Virus record (IMG/VR): IMGVR_UViG_3300035210_000132
Span: 1 to 28,595 of that record
Direction: 5' to 3' (one strand)
Source of the DNA: a virus
Length of the DNA: 28,595 bases
Positions 16,242 through 25,681 of the stretch are shown here, in pieces. A program made the translations under genes and the position numbers. Each line of letters opens with the position of its first letter. The stretch's first letter is position 1. Under the pieces are notes generated by a model. The model made no database searches and was not told where the DNA came from. It was given only the letters and a program-made list of their open reading frames with translations.

Positions 16242-17645
16242 GTGAGTGCTAGCATCGAGCACCAGCTCCTGTGCAGAATCATACAGGACCAGGACTTTCA
16301 TACCGTAGAGAAACTGAGGATCGACGAGTCGTACTTCATCAGTGACACCAACAGTCAGACTCGTGAAGTCTTCCGCCTGATCCGCGACAACTACCACAAC
16401 GAGGTCACTTATGGCCAGGTGCCCTCCTGGCAGCTCATACAGACCCGGTTCTATGGCTTCCCGTGGTCACCCTCTGGTGACACTATCCAGAGTTTGTGCC
16501 TCCAGCTGAGGTACCACAAGCTCCGCGCCCAAGTGCTTACCCTTGCGGATGACTTGGCCAGGAGGGCACAAGTTGATCCCGTGTCCGCCATGGATACGAT
16601 CAAGGAGGCAGCTGCTACCCTTACATCAGAGCACGAGATCAGTTCTGACCTGCTCCTCTCCAACTCCTACGAAAAACTCTTCGAGGACTACGAGCTCACC
16701 GCCAACGGGCAGGGTATCACAGGCATCCCTTGGCCCTGGGATGCTCTAAACGAAGACACCCAGGGAATGCATCCAGGTAACTTCATCGTCCTGTACGGCC
16801 GCCCGAAGATGGGCAAGACCTGGATCGCTCTGTACGTGGGCACCAAAGCGTACATGAGTAACCAGCGGGTACTGGTCTACTCCTTGGAGATGCACGAGAA
16901 GGACATTCTCAGGCGTATCGCCTCCATCATCGCCGGGGTCGATTACAAGCGCTTCAAGTCAGGGCGCCTCGATCCCGAGTCAGCTCGTAAGGTCTGGGAC
17001 ATCCTCTTGTTCCTACGAGATGAAGAGAAGGGGCGTACCGCGCAAGGCCACTCTCCTGCCCTTCTAGCAGTGCATCCACGAAGCGCCAGCAGTGGGGTCA
17101 GTACCCTACAGGCCAAGATCAGAGAGTTCAAACCCGACATCGTCATCGTTGATGGCATGTACCTCATGCGGGATGACCGCACCAAATCCCGCTCCATGGA
17201 GTGGAAATCGGTAGCTCACATCTCGCAGGACTTGAAGCAGACAGCGGGTATTTTCAACATCCCCATCATCGGGGTGACCCAGGCCAACCGTCATGCTGAG
17301 AAAGACCCAGCCAAGGCAGATCTGATGGAGCTCGCCTATGCAGACGCCTTAGCTCAAGACTGTGACCTATGCATGCGTGTCCATCGGCAGAAGGACAAGA
17401 ACACCCAGGAATGGGAAGCGGTCCTCAGTCTGCCCGGGTCTCGCGAAGGTACTCTGGACGGCTTCGCCATCAACTACTCGCCGTCCACCGACTTCAACTT
17501 CAAGCGCATCGCCATGTCACAAGACCCTAGTGCAGGGCCCCAAGCACAAGGCAATGCTCCTCCTACCTCGGGAAGTAACCCTCGAGCAGGAGGAAAGAAC
17601 CCTCCTCCGATCACTCCTCCCGTAAACTACCGCAATAAGAGCTAG
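16242..17645 (+). CDS. dnaB: Replicative DNA helicase, DnaB / T7 gp4-helicase family
   Basis: GTG start with AGAGGAGG SD 7 nt upstream. Walker A GRPKMGKTWIALYV. DnaB-like H2-H4 region (VLVYSLEM, IVIVDGMYLM, IIGVTQANR). The N-terminal ~170 aa is unassigned. C-terminal low-complexity tail. Confidence 0.75.
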   Translation: MSASIEHQLLCRIIQDQDFHTVEKLRIDESYFISDTNSQTREVFRLIRDNYHNEVTYGQVPSWQLIQTRFYGFPWSPSGDTIQSLCLQLRYHKLRAQVLTLADDLARRAQVDPVSAMDTIKEAAATLTSEHEISSDLLLSNSYEKLFEDYELTANGQGITGIPWPWDALNEDTQGMHPGNFIVLYGRPKMGKTWIALYVGTKAYMSNQRVLVYSLEMHEKDILRRIASIIAGVDYKRFKSGRLDPESARKVWDILLFLRDEEKGRTAQGHSPALLAVHPRSASSGVSTLQAKIREFKPDIVIVDGMYLMRDDRTKSRSMEWKSVAHISQDLKQTAGIFNIPIIGVTQANRHAEKDPAKADLMELAYADALAQDCDLCMRVHRQKDKNTQEWEAVLSLPGSREGTLDGFAINYSPSTDFNFKRIAMSQDPSAGPQAQGNAPPTSGSNPRAGGKNPPPITPPVNYRNKS

Positions 17646-17679
17646 TCTCGTAGCTGCTGGGCTGGCAGCGGGAGGCTTC

Positions 17680-18726
17680 GTGCCCCACAACAATATCCTG
17701 ACTCTCGTCGAGAGGCTGCTTGGTAAGGGCCACTTCTCGGGGGAGTCAAACATGTCTGTCAGGTGCCCCTTCCACAAAGGAGGTGAGGAGACCCGACCAT
17801 CATTCTCCATCAACGTCAGCAATGGCCTCTGGCATTGCTTCACCTGCCACGCCTCAGGACCCTTACCTAAGCTCCTCAAGCAGCTAGGGGTTCTCAACAT
17901 CGATGAAGAGCTTCGAGACCTGAAAGATGATCTCGAAGCGAACCGCAGGGAGCTGAAATGGAAGCGACAAACCCAATGGTTCTCGGGTGATCCCTTCCTG
18001 GCTCCTACCATCCTTCCCGAGCACCTCTTGGTCCCCTACGCCTTCTGTCCCTTGAGTCTGACTGAGAAAGGTTTTGATCCTCAGTGGCTCCAGTGGATGG
18101 ACGTCGGCTACGACCGAAATCTGAAGAGGATCATCTACCCGATCCGGGACATGTACGGCAACTTGGCGGGAGTGTCTGGTGGCGCTACCTACCCAGGACA
18201 GCAGCCCAAGTACTTGGTCTATCAAGGGCAAAGACGCCAGCACGATACAGGAAAGCTGCAACCCTCGGACTATGGGGAGTGGTTCGATGAGGAGTACCCG
18301 GATTACCTCTTCCACAACCACCACTATCTGTGGAACTTCGACAGCATGTACCCGACTTTGTTTTTCGGGCAGGAGGTGCAGACCCTAATTATTGTAGAGG
18401 GTTTCAAGGCATGCCTGTGGCTGCTCCAACACGGGTGGAGGAACTCCGTGGCACTTATGGGCTCGTCAATGTCAGACCGTCAGTGTAGTCTCTTGAACAG
18501 GCTCCAGAGCAACCTCGTCCTCTTTCTGGACGACGACCCTCCGGGGAGAAAGGCAACTGACTGGATCGCTAGAAGGCTACATAGGCTCGGATTTTCGGGG
18601 GTTCACATCGCCCGCTACCCATCCGCTGATAAGGACCAACAACCGGACGATCTAAAGCCGGACGAACTAGCAGCGGCACTTCAGGGCGCAGAGACATACC
18701 CCCAGTGGAAAAGGAGAGTGTCATGA
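17680..18726 (+). CDS. dnaG: DNA primase, DnaG-like (zinc-binding domain plus TOPRIM)
   Basis: GTG at 17680 with GGGAGG SD 4 nt upstream (alternative ATG at 17752). CHC2 zinc finger CPFHKGGEETRPSFSINVSNGLWHCFTCHASG. TOPRIM-like IIVEGFKA ... LFLDDDPPGRKA. Confidence 0.75.
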   Translation: MPHNNILTLVERLLGKGHFSGESNMSVRCPFHKGGEETRPSFSINVSNGLWHCFTCHASGPLPKLLKQLGVLNIDEELRDLKDDLEANRRELKWKRQTQWFSGDPFLAPTILPEHLLVPYAFCPLSLTEKGFDPQWLQWMDVGYDRNLKRIIYPIRDMYGNLAGVSGGATYPGQQPKYLVYQGQRRQHDTGKLQPSDYGEWFDEEYPDYLFHNHHYLWNFDSMYPTLFFGQEVQTLIIVEGFKACLWLLQHGWRNSVALMGSSMSDRQCSLLNRLQSNLVLFLDDDPPGRKATDWIARRLHRLGFSGVHIARYPSADKDQQPDDLKPDELAAALQGAETYPQWKRRVS

Positions 18727-20078
18727 GTATGGAAGGTCTTCGTCAGGGTGCGAATTCGGTTCGTGGTTCTGGTGGCAATCGCCCGGCTCGAAGGAACGCT
18801 CACTTCGCTCGGCTGAAGCCTCCGCAGATGCTGGACATCCTTCGTCCCTTCCTGGCAGCGCCTCCAAACCTAGAGGCCCTAACAGAGGTGTCGGAGCCGG
18901 TGGTCCTGATCCGAGGCGACTACCCGAACTACTATCAGCTGGACTCCAATGGAAAGCCCAAGCGAACCGAGGGCTACAAGTATCGGTCCCATACTTTCTC
19001 TGTCTTCGTCCCTCCGAACAAGCCTGGTCAACGAGGCTTCCAGACCTTCCGAGAGGTCATCTGCTCCTGTGGGCCTGATCCACACGCTCCCAAGGAGTGC
19101 ACTGGTTGCTACCAGGTAGACCACGGAGCCAAAGACTCGAAGCCCAGAGAGCAGGTGGCCTTCAACATGGTCCACCTGGCGTGGTACCACCACCATCCTC
19201 TCGTGGGCCAAGACGGTCAGGTCAGGATGGGCAACAACAAGCAGCCCATGATGGTCAAGGACGAGTGCCTGACCTACAAGAAGGAGAACGAGGTTCTCTA
19301 TCGAGCGGCGCAGCGGCACATCCAGAACATTCGGCAGGCCAAGGCTTGTGACTTCTGCGCCAAGGAGCAGCCGAATGCTTGGGGGGATCACCGCATCCTC
19401 CAGGTGGGTAGTAAGCACCTCGGGAACCTGATCGACAAGGACACCGAGCTCGGGAAGAGGTGTGCTACCTGTGGCACCTACCTGATGCGAAAGTTCTTCA
19501 ACTGTGGCAACGAGAGCTGCAATCAGCACCTCGTCGACATCGCCGTGGGGATGAACGGATGGACGAACGAGCAGATCAAGACCTACGCCGACACGGCCCA
19601 GACCTGTCCTTTCTGCGGGTACGTCGGCCTCCCCTATAGCGAGTGGGAGTGTGGTCTCGATGATCAGTGGAGGAAGATCCCAGGGGCCGGCTGTGCTGAC
19701 CCGGAAGACGCTCGCGAGACCACCATCTTCGATCGGGTGCTTTGGATCCAGCGTGAAGGCCAGCAGACCGACAGCGAAGTTGTGGTCAAGCGGGTCGAGA
19801 CCTTCGCCGAGTTCAAGACTCCCGATGGTAGATCCCTAGAGACTTGGATCAGCGAGATCGCTCCTCAACCCTTCGACCTCGAGGAGATGTACAAGCCCGA
19901 CACTCTGGATGGGCAGGCTGAGACCATCCGCATCCAGAACCCCTATGCCCAGACTGCTCAGTATGTGCCTTATGGGCAGCAGGGCTTTCCCCAGCAACAA
20001 GGATCGAACTTCCCTCAGCAGCAGGGATCTCCGCAGCAGAGCTACCCAGGAACTCCGGGTAGACCGAATTTCAAGTAG
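18723..20078 (+). CDS. Multi-CxxC cysteine-rich protein (451 aa), unknown function, between primase and polymerase
   Basis: ATG 18723 in ATGA overlap with the primase stop. AAGGAG sits 6 nt upstream. At least six Cys pairs (CSCG...CTGC, CDFC, CATC, CGNESC, CPFC, ECG...GC). Gln-rich C-terminal tail. Confidence 0.55.
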   Translation: MSMEGLRQGANSVRGSGGNRPARRNAHFARLKPPQMLDILRPFLAAPPNLEALTEVSEPVVLIRGDYPNYYQLDSNGKPKRTEGYKYRSHTFSVFVPPNKPGQRGFQTFREVICSCGPDPHAPKECTGCYQVDHGAKDSKPREQVAFNMVHLAWYHHHPLVGQDGQVRMGNNKQPMMVKDECLTYKKENEVLYRAAQRHIQNIRQAKACDFCAKEQPNAWGDHRILQVGSKHLGNLIDKDTELGKRCATCGTYLMRKFFNCGNESCNQHLVDIAVGMNGWTNEQIKTYADTAQTCPFCGYVGLPYSEWECGLDDQWRKIPGAGCADPEDARETTIFDRVLWIQREGQQTDSEVVVKRVETFAEFKTPDGRSLETWISEIAPQPFDLEEMYKPDTLDGQAETIRIQNPYAQTAQYVPYGQQGFPQQQGSNFPQQQGSPQQSYPGTPGRPNFK

Positions 20079-20089
20079 CTAACCGCTTC

Positions 20090-20122
20090 TGAGGGAGGGA
20101 GAGTTGTTGGCTCCCTCCCTCA
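20090..20122 (+). promoter_or_regulatory. GC-rich 12-bp stem hairpin upstream of the DNA polymerase gene (attenuator/terminator-like or RNA processing site)
   Basis: TGAGGGAGGGAG (20090-20101) / CTCCCTCCCTCA (20111-20122), 9-nt loop, followed by GGAGTTTCACTCTCTT (weak U-run) and then the pol SD GAGGAAAG. Confidence 0.35.
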
Positions 20123-20150
20123 GGAGTTTCACTCTCTTGAGGAAAGCAGT

Positions 20151-22124
20151 ATGAGTTGGCAGAACATCCCGCCACCAGAATGGGTAGAAAATGAAACCCA
20201 GCTACAGGAGATGGCGAACTACCTACAGAACAGCTGCCCGATAAACAGTCTGGGCTTCGACACTGAATCCACGGGCCTCGACATTATCAAAGACAGGCCT
20301 CTTATTTTATCCCTGTCTGATGGCCATCGCCGTTTCGGCATGATGACGGACCCCTGGCTATTCCACCCGGCCATCCGGGATGGGCTTCTAGGTAACGATA
20401 AGATCGCCAAGATCGGCTCGGATATCAAGAAGGACATGCACTGGGTCAAGAACGTCGGGGTCGATGTCATCGGGGAAGTTCGTGACACGGTTGTCGAGTC
20501 CTGGTGCCACAACGAGAACCGTTTCCAGCATGGCTTGAAGGAAGTTGCCGACGACTACTGTGGCATCAAGATGGTCCCCTTCAAAGAAGTCTTCCCCATG
20601 AGGAAGAAGACCAAGTACTTGCCGGAGGAATCTGCTGGCGACGCCATCATGCGCGTCATGGCAGATCCCGAGGGCAAGAAAAGGGCTATCGAGTACGTGG
20701 GACTAGACGCTTTCGCCTGCTGGAAAGTAGACGAGTACCTCAAGACCCGGCTCTCCACTGAGTATCTCAGAGAGGGTTATTCTTACTGGGACCACTTCCT
20801 GAGCTGGGAGACGGACTTCACCAGGGTCCTGTGGAACATGGAGCGCCGGGGCATTACCATCTGCACCGGCCACCTCAGAGCCCAGAAGACTCCCATGGAA
20901 GAGGCCATGGCTGCTTTGGTGAGCAAGCTGGCCGAGATGGCTGGGTGGCCGGTCAATCCGGGGTCACCCAAGCAACTAGGTAAACTTTTCTTTAAGCAAC
21001 TTGGCTACACCCCCATCAAGTGGACCAAGGGAGGGGCTTCGGCCATCAAGCAGCCTTGCACCGATGAAGAGGTCCTGGCTGAGTTTGCCGACAACGGCTG
21101 CCCCTTCTCCAAGCTCATCATCGAGCACCGCAAGCTGGCAAAGATCCATGGCACCTATGTTGAAGGGCTGCTGCAGTGGGTGGATCAAGAGCTCCGTATC
21201 CACACGACGCTCAAGCAGAAGGGAGCGGTCACCGGACGCCTGTCGTCTTCCGATCCCAATCTCCAGAACATTCCCCGTGCCAACACAGACAAGTTCAAGA
21301 TCCGCACGGCCTTCGTCGCTGATCCCGGCTACATCCTCATCGTTGCTGACTACGACCAGCTAGAGATGAAACTCATGGCTCACTTCTCGGGAGACCCGAG
21401 AATGGTGGATGCCATCAACCGGGGCATGGATCTGCACTGCTACACAGTCTCTCTGATGTTCGGTGAGGACTACGACGAGGTCTTTGCTGCCAAGAAGGCC
21501 AAGACCCCTACCGACCGGCAGCTCGTCTTACAGGCCATGCGCCAGGTGGCTAAGGCCATCGGCTTCGGGCTTATCTATGGCATCGGCGCCCTTAAGTTAG
21601 CGGTGCAGCTCTCCGAAGAGCTCAAGCGAGAAGTCACCCCAGAAGAAGCTCAGCTAAACATCAAGAAATACTTCTCCGGATTCCAGGGGGTCAAGGCTTT
21701 CATCGACGACACCCATGCACAGTGCAAGAGGACTGAGTTCGTGCAAACGATCCTGGGGGTCAAGCGTCGTTTGCCTCAGATCAATGCCCGAAGTGGGGGC
21801 AGCGCCAGTGAGAATCAGAAAGGAATCGTAGCGGGAGCAAAACGCCAGTCTGTCAACTCCATCATTCAGGGAACGGCCTCCAACGTCGCCATGGCCGCCA
21901 TGATCCGTGCTGAGCATGACGAAATCCTCAAGGCTCTGGGAGCCGAGATGCTTCTTCAGGTCCACGACGAGCTGATCTTCAGCATTATCGATGAGCCGGA
22001 GAGAGTGGCCAGGGCCAAGCAGCGCATCAAAGAGCTCATGGAAGATCCTTTCGACGGTTGGAAATTCAATGTCCCTATGACTACTGAAGCAAAAAGTGGC
22101 TACACTTGGACCGAATGCAAGTAA
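20151..22124 (+). CDS. polA: DNA polymerase, family A, with 3'-5' exonuclease domain
   Basis: Exo I LGFDTESTGLD. Motif A VADYDQLEMKLMAHFSGD. Motif B RQVAKAIGFGLIYG. Motif C LQVHDELIF. Confidence 0.9.
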   Translation: MSWQNIPPPEWVENETQLQEMANYLQNSCPINSLGFDTESTGLDIIKDRPLILSLSDGHRRFGMMTDPWLFHPAIRDGLLGNDKIAKIGSDIKKDMHWVKNVGVDVIGEVRDTVVESWCHNENRFQHGLKEVADDYCGIKMVPFKEVFPMRKKTKYLPEESAGDAIMRVMADPEGKKRAIEYVGLDAFACWKVDEYLKTRLSTEYLREGYSYWDHFLSWETDFTRVLWNMERRGITICTGHLRAQKTPMEEAMAALVSKLAEMAGWPVNPGSPKQLGKLFFKQLGYTPIKWTKGGASAIKQPCTDEEVLAEFADNGCPFSKLIIEHRKLAKIHGTYVEGLLQWVDQELRIHTTLKQKGAVTGRLSSSDPNLQNIPRANTDKFKIRTAFVADPGYILIVADYDQLEMKLMAHFSGDPRMVDAINRGMDLHCYTVSLMFGEDYDEVFAAKKAKTPTDRQLVLQAMRQVAKAIGFGLIYGIGALKLAVQLSEELKREVTPEEAQLNIKKYFSGFQGVKAFIDDTHAQCKRTEFVQTILGVKRRLPQINARSGGSASENQKGIVAGAKRQSVNSIIQGTASNVAMAAMIRAEHDEILKALGAEMLLQVHDELIFSIIDEPERVARAKQRIKELMEDPFDGWKFNVPMTTEAKSGYTWTECK

Positions 22125-22186
22125 TTCTTGATCTCTGGACGCTGTCAAAGGTACGGGGACAAAGAAGAGGATAAAGGCTAAATGAG

Positions 22187-22483
22187 ATGAGTAAGAAAGA
22201 TCCAACCGGGGGTCCTGTCGGTAATTTGGACTATCTAGAGCTCGTGAGAGAGGCATCGCGAAGAACTTTCTTACCCGAGGAAACCGTACGCATGGTTCTC
22301 GAAGGTCTACTCGAAGTCATGGGGGAAGCTCTAATTGAACGCAAGCGGGTGATCCTCAGAGAGTTCGGAACCCTCAGGATCCAGCTGCGCAGTAATCCAA
22401 AAATAGGAGACCACGTCGTTACCGTCTTCCGTACTTCCAATGCGCTTCAAGAGAAGCTCACCAAGGAGTTGATCCATGGATAA
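22187..22483 (+). CDS. HU/IHF-family DNA-binding protein
   Basis: 98 aa. FGTLRIQLRSNPKIGDHVVTVFRTSNALQEKL matches the HU beta-arm region (FG.F......R.GRNP.TG). Confidence 0.65.
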   Translation: MSKKDPTGGPVGNLDYLELVREASRRTFLPEETVRMVLEGLLEVMGEALIERKRVILREFGTLRIQLRSNPKIGDHVVTVFRTSNALQEKLTKELIHG

Positions 22484-22637
22484 GTATGGTGTTCAGCTAG
22501 GCGAAAAAGTGAAGGTGGCTGAAGAGATCGGGGTCAAGCCTCTCTGCCCTACGTGCCGCTCTGAGCTAGATTCCGTAGATCCGCCCCATTGTCCAGTCTG
22601 TGGAACCGAGCCCTGGGAAGACAAGAAGGGGAAGTAG
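22476..22637 (+). CDS. Small zinc-ribbon ORF (53 aa), not in ORF track
   Basis: ATG 22476 with AAGGAG SD 7 nt upstream. Overlaps the HU stop. Reads MDKYGVQLGEKVKVAEEIGVKPLCPTCRSELDSVDPPHCPVCGTEPWEDKKGK. Stop TAG 22635-22637 directly abuts the RecA-like ATG. Confidence 0.5.
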   Translation: MDKYGVQLGEKVKVAEEIGVKPLCPTCRSELDSVDPPHCPVCGTEPWEDKKGK

Positions 22638-24044
22638 ATGGGTCGTCCCAAAGGATCAAAGACAGTTGCCCCCAAGGCAGCCAAGGGCAAGAAGGAGAAG
22701 CACACAGCTCCTCCTATCGAGCCTCCGATCCAGCAACAGATGCAAGCGACCACCCCCGAGGTAGGAGAACAGACCGAGGTCGTGGGGGAGCAGGCTGAGC
22801 ACTTGGCTCGTTTGTTCGGGGCCCCTCCAGTAGAGAAGAAGGGCAAGAAGAAAGAAGAGCCCGAAGTCAGCAAGCAGGAGCAGATCGATACGCTACTAGG
22901 AAAGATCAACTCCCAGTACAAGGGCCGAGCCATTCTGCGCCAGGGGTCACAGATCACCAACGTCTTCCTGCTGCGTCGGCCGACGGGTATCACAACGCTG
23001 GACCTGAAGATCGGAGGAGGCCTTCCTGCTGGAGGCCTGACCCAGATCATTGGCAAGTTCTCTGCCGGAAAGAGCTACCTGGCCAACAAGGTCATGGCCA
23101 AGTGCCAGGAGAACTACGGGGAGAACTTCGCCGCCTTTGTCGCGATGACCGAGATGCCCTATGACAAGGGCTTCGCCAAGATCCAATGCGGTCTACGCAT
23201 CGCCTACTCTGAAGAAGAGATCGCGCTCCTTCGTGACATCCAGCTCAAAAAGGGCCTCCCCGACTTCAACCCCGAGCAGTACGCCTGGATGCGAGACGGG
23301 GTGGGGCGCTTTGTAGAAGGTAAGGCAGCTACGGCCGAGGGCCTCTTCGAGGTCACCGCTCAAATGGTTGAGGCCAACTGCTTCCAGGTGGTTCTGATCG
23401 ATTCGTTCGGAGCCTTGCTCACCAAGGCTGAAGCCGAGGCGGAAGAGGGCCTGGAACAGAAGTATCGAGGAGGTGCGTCTACCGTAGTCACGGCCTTTAT
23501 GCACCGGATCCATGCCGCGCTCAACCTTCCCGATGCACAGGGCAAGCCCAACACCACTACCATCATCGGCATCAACCAGTATCGAGACAATGTGAATGCT
23601 GGCGTCTACGGCAACCCGATGAAACATGCGGGAGGCAATGCCTTGGCTCATGGCAAACTGGTAGATATTCACATCGAGCAGGGCGCTAAGATCCGAGTTG
23701 CTCTCTCCAAGTCGGAGAATCTGATTGTCGGGAAAGAGATTAACTGGGAGATCCTCAAGGGCAAGGCCGGCTGCCATGACGGGCCGAGGGGGACATATAA
23801 GCTCTACCTCGGCGAAGGTGGCTACCCGTTCGGCTTCGACTTCTATTCCGACCTTCTCTCGGCTGGTCTTCAAGCGGAAGTCATCCAGCAAAGCGGGGCG
23901 TGGTACTCCTACCAAGGCGAGTACATTGGGCAAGGGGAAAACGCCGTTGCCCAGACCCTCTACAAGAACCCAGAAGTCACCGAACAGATCAGGTCCGAGA
24001 TCTTCAAGAAAGCGGGATTGAGCTTTATCGTCAGGGAGCGCTAA
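22638..24044 (+). CDS. RecA-family recombinase (RecA/UvsX-like) with lysine-rich N-terminal extension
   Basis: ITTLDLKIGGGLPAGGLTQIIGKFSAGKSYLA (Walker A region). VVLIDSFGALLTKAEAEAEEG (Walker B / RecA motif). N-terminal ~30 aa KGSKTVAPKAAKGKKEKH. Confidence 0.8.
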   Translation: MGRPKGSKTVAPKAAKGKKEKHTAPPIEPPIQQQMQATTPEVGEQTEVVGEQAEHLARLFGAPPVEKKGKKKEEPEVSKQEQIDTLLGKINSQYKGRAILRQGSQITNVFLLRRPTGITTLDLKIGGGLPAGGLTQIIGKFSAGKSYLANKVMAKCQENYGENFAAFVAMTEMPYDKGFAKIQCGLRIAYSEEEIALLRDIQLKKGLPDFNPEQYAWMRDGVGRFVEGKAATAEGLFEVTAQMVEANCFQVVLIDSFGALLTKAEAEAEEGLEQKYRGGASTVVTAFMHRIHAALNLPDAQGKPNTTTIIGINQYRDNVNAGVYGNPMKHAGGNALAHGKLVDIHIEQGAKIRVALSKSENLIVGKEINWEILKGKAGCHDGPRGTYKLYLGEGGYPFGFDFYSDLLSAGLQAEVIQQSGAWYSYQGEYIGQGENAVAQTLYKNPEVTEQIRSEIFKKAGLSFIVRER

Positions 24045-24211
24045 TGCCTGCAGTAGAGGCCCCGGCGCTCGAGACTCTTGGGATATGCCAGGAGTGTGGT
24101 AAAGCCTGTATCCAGCTAGAGAAGTGCCACGTCTGCAAGAAGGCCATCTGCCCCAACTGTGATATTCGGGGTAAGCAACCTACCAAGCCTGCCTGCCCCC
24201 AACACGCCTAA
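24044..24211 (+). CDS. Small zinc-ribbon ORF (55 aa)
   Basis: TAATG overlap with the RecA-like stop. CAGGGAG sits 5 nt upstream. Reads MPAVEAPALETLGICQECGKACIQLEKCHVCKKAICPNCD.... The ORF track shows it inside the longer 23900..24211 frame. Confidence 0.45.
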   Translation: MPAVEAPALETLGICQECGKACIQLEKCHVCKKAICPNCDIRGKQPTKPACPQHA

Positions 24212-24221
24212 AGAGGTAACC

Positions 24222-24737
24222 ATGGATGCCCGTACGAGCCGCCGAGGGAAGCGGATCTCCAAACAGCAAGAAGAGCGTACCGCCGCTGCCCTCGGTGGCC
24301 GTACGCAGGCTGCTTCGGGAGCCACACGTCTTGGAGGAGGGGGGGACGTTCGTGTCCAAGGAAAAGTTCGTGTCGAGTGCAAGGTCACGGAGGCACAGCA
24401 CTACACCCTGAAGAAAACCGATCTAGAAAAGCTGCGCAACCAGGCAGCCAAGAATCTCGAAGAGCCGGTATTTCAGTTCGCCTTCAGAGATAAGCTGGGC
24501 AAGCTAGAAGCTTACGCCGTAGTGCTGGGCTTCGTACAAGAAGACACGGAACCCTCTCCTCACCTGTTCAGCACCATGTACAACAGCACCACCCTGACCC
24601 AGCTGTTCCTGAAGTCAGCATTCTACGGCCCCAGAGCCAGGAGAGTACGTATTACCTTTCAGGACGGCAGCAAGTGGCACAAGCATTGGGAGGTCATGCC
24701 GTGGGAGGAATACCTACGTAGGAAGGATGCCTTGTAA
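24222..24737 (+). CDS. hjc: PD-(D/E)xK nuclease resembling archaeal-type Holliday junction resolvase Hjc
   Basis: AGAGG SD before ATG 24222. Pattern GKRISKQQEERTAAALGGRTQAASGA......GDVRVQGKVRVECKVTE mirrors the Hjc core (G..ER.....L..GF.V.R.AGS....D.VA......IEVK). C-terminal ~60 aa extension. Confidence 0.55.
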   Translation: MDARTSRRGKRISKQQEERTAAALGGRTQAASGATRLGGGGDVRVQGKVRVECKVTEAQHYTLKKTDLEKLRNQAAKNLEEPVFQFAFRDKLGKLEAYAVVLGFVQEDTEPSPHLFSTMYNSTTLTQLFLKSAFYGPRARRVRITFQDGSKWHKHWEVMPWEEYLRRKDAL

Positions 24738-25681
24738 TGCTCGAGATCAATACCATACAAGACTTTCAGAGCTTGCCCGCAGACTTACAAGCAGAGATAC
24801 AGAAGGCCATCAGAGCCAAAGATCGGCTGGAGTACTACTTGATGGGCCTGAACAAGAAAGCCCAACCAACTGCTGAGCCCATGCAAGAGGCTCGCTGGGA
24901 AGAGTGCAGAAAGTGCAAGCCCTTCTGGCCCTACGCCCCCAACCAGGAGAAAGGCCTGGTGTACATCGAGCAGGGTCGTGATGGCCGTGATGTTCATCCT
25001 TCTCAGATCCACAAATGCTTGAAGGTCCTGTACTACGCTTGCGCAGGATACGCAGGGTATGCAGAAGAAAAGGTCGACCCAAGACTGCGCATGATCTTCG
25101 ACCTAGGGAGTGGCTGGCACGAAGTCATGCAGCGGTACGGTAAGAGAGGGGCCTGGAACGACCCCAAGCACTACTTTCCAGAAACCAAGATCGACCCGGA
25201 CGCGCTTACCTTCGATGGCAAACCAGTGTTACCTCTTGCAGAGCGCTACTGGATCCGGGGCTCTGCGGATGCGTTGCTGGAGCAGTACCTCATAACTGTG
25301 CCGGGCATCGGCGATGCTAGCATCCGTCTGGTGCACGAATACAAGACCATCAACTCAAACCAGTACAGCAAGCTCACACGGCCCAAGCCTGAACACAAGT
25401 ACCAAGCCACCATGTACTCGGCAGTCTTCAATGTTCCAATCGTGGTCTACATGTACACGAACAAGGACAACTGCCAGATGGCCGACTTCCCGGTGGCCTT
25501 CGATAACGGTATCTGGAATGAGATCACTCAGAAGATCGATCGCGTCCAGTACTTCGTTGAGAACGAGATCGTGCCTCCTTGGGAAGAGACCTCGGCTACT
25601 CTGCAGCCTTCAGAGTGCCATGAGTGTGGCTTCCTGAGGATTTGTTCGCCTCCTGTGCAACTTGGAAGGAGATACGCATGA
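24737..25681 (+). CDS. Cas4-like / RecB-family PD-(D/E)xK exonuclease with Fe-S cysteines
   Basis: TAATG start with GGAAGGATG SD. Motif II IRGSADALL. Motif III RLVHEYKT. QxxxY as KYQATMYSAV. N-terminal CRKC and C-terminal CHECGFLRIC (C-x2-C-x5-C). Confidence 0.65.
   Translation: MLEINTIQDFQSLPADLQAEIQKAIRAKDRLEYYLMGLNKKAQPTAEPMQEARWEECRKCKPFWPYAPNQEKGLVYIEQGRDGRDVHPSQIHKCLKVLYYACAGYAGYAEEKVDPRLRMIFDLGSGWHEVMQRYGKRGAWNDPKHYFPETKIDPDALTFDGKPVLPLAERYWIRGSADALLEQYLITVPGIGDASIRLVHEYKTINSNQYSKLTRPKPEHKYQATMYSAVFNVPIVVYMYTNKDNCQMADFPVAFDNGIWNEITQKIDRVQYFVENEIVPPWEETSATLQPSECHECGFLRICSPPVQLGRRYA

Noticed and set aside
17752-18726. Primase start at ATG 17752 (MSVRCPFH)
   Set aside because: The GTG at 17680 has a better GGGAGG SD and leaves no unexplained gap after the helicase stop. 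Kept as an alternative only.
23193-23933. Minus-strand ORF 23193..23933 (246 aa) and 18879..19529 (216 aa)
   Set aside because: They are antisense to the RecA-like and Cys-rich CDSs, which have clear motifs and SDs. No start context.
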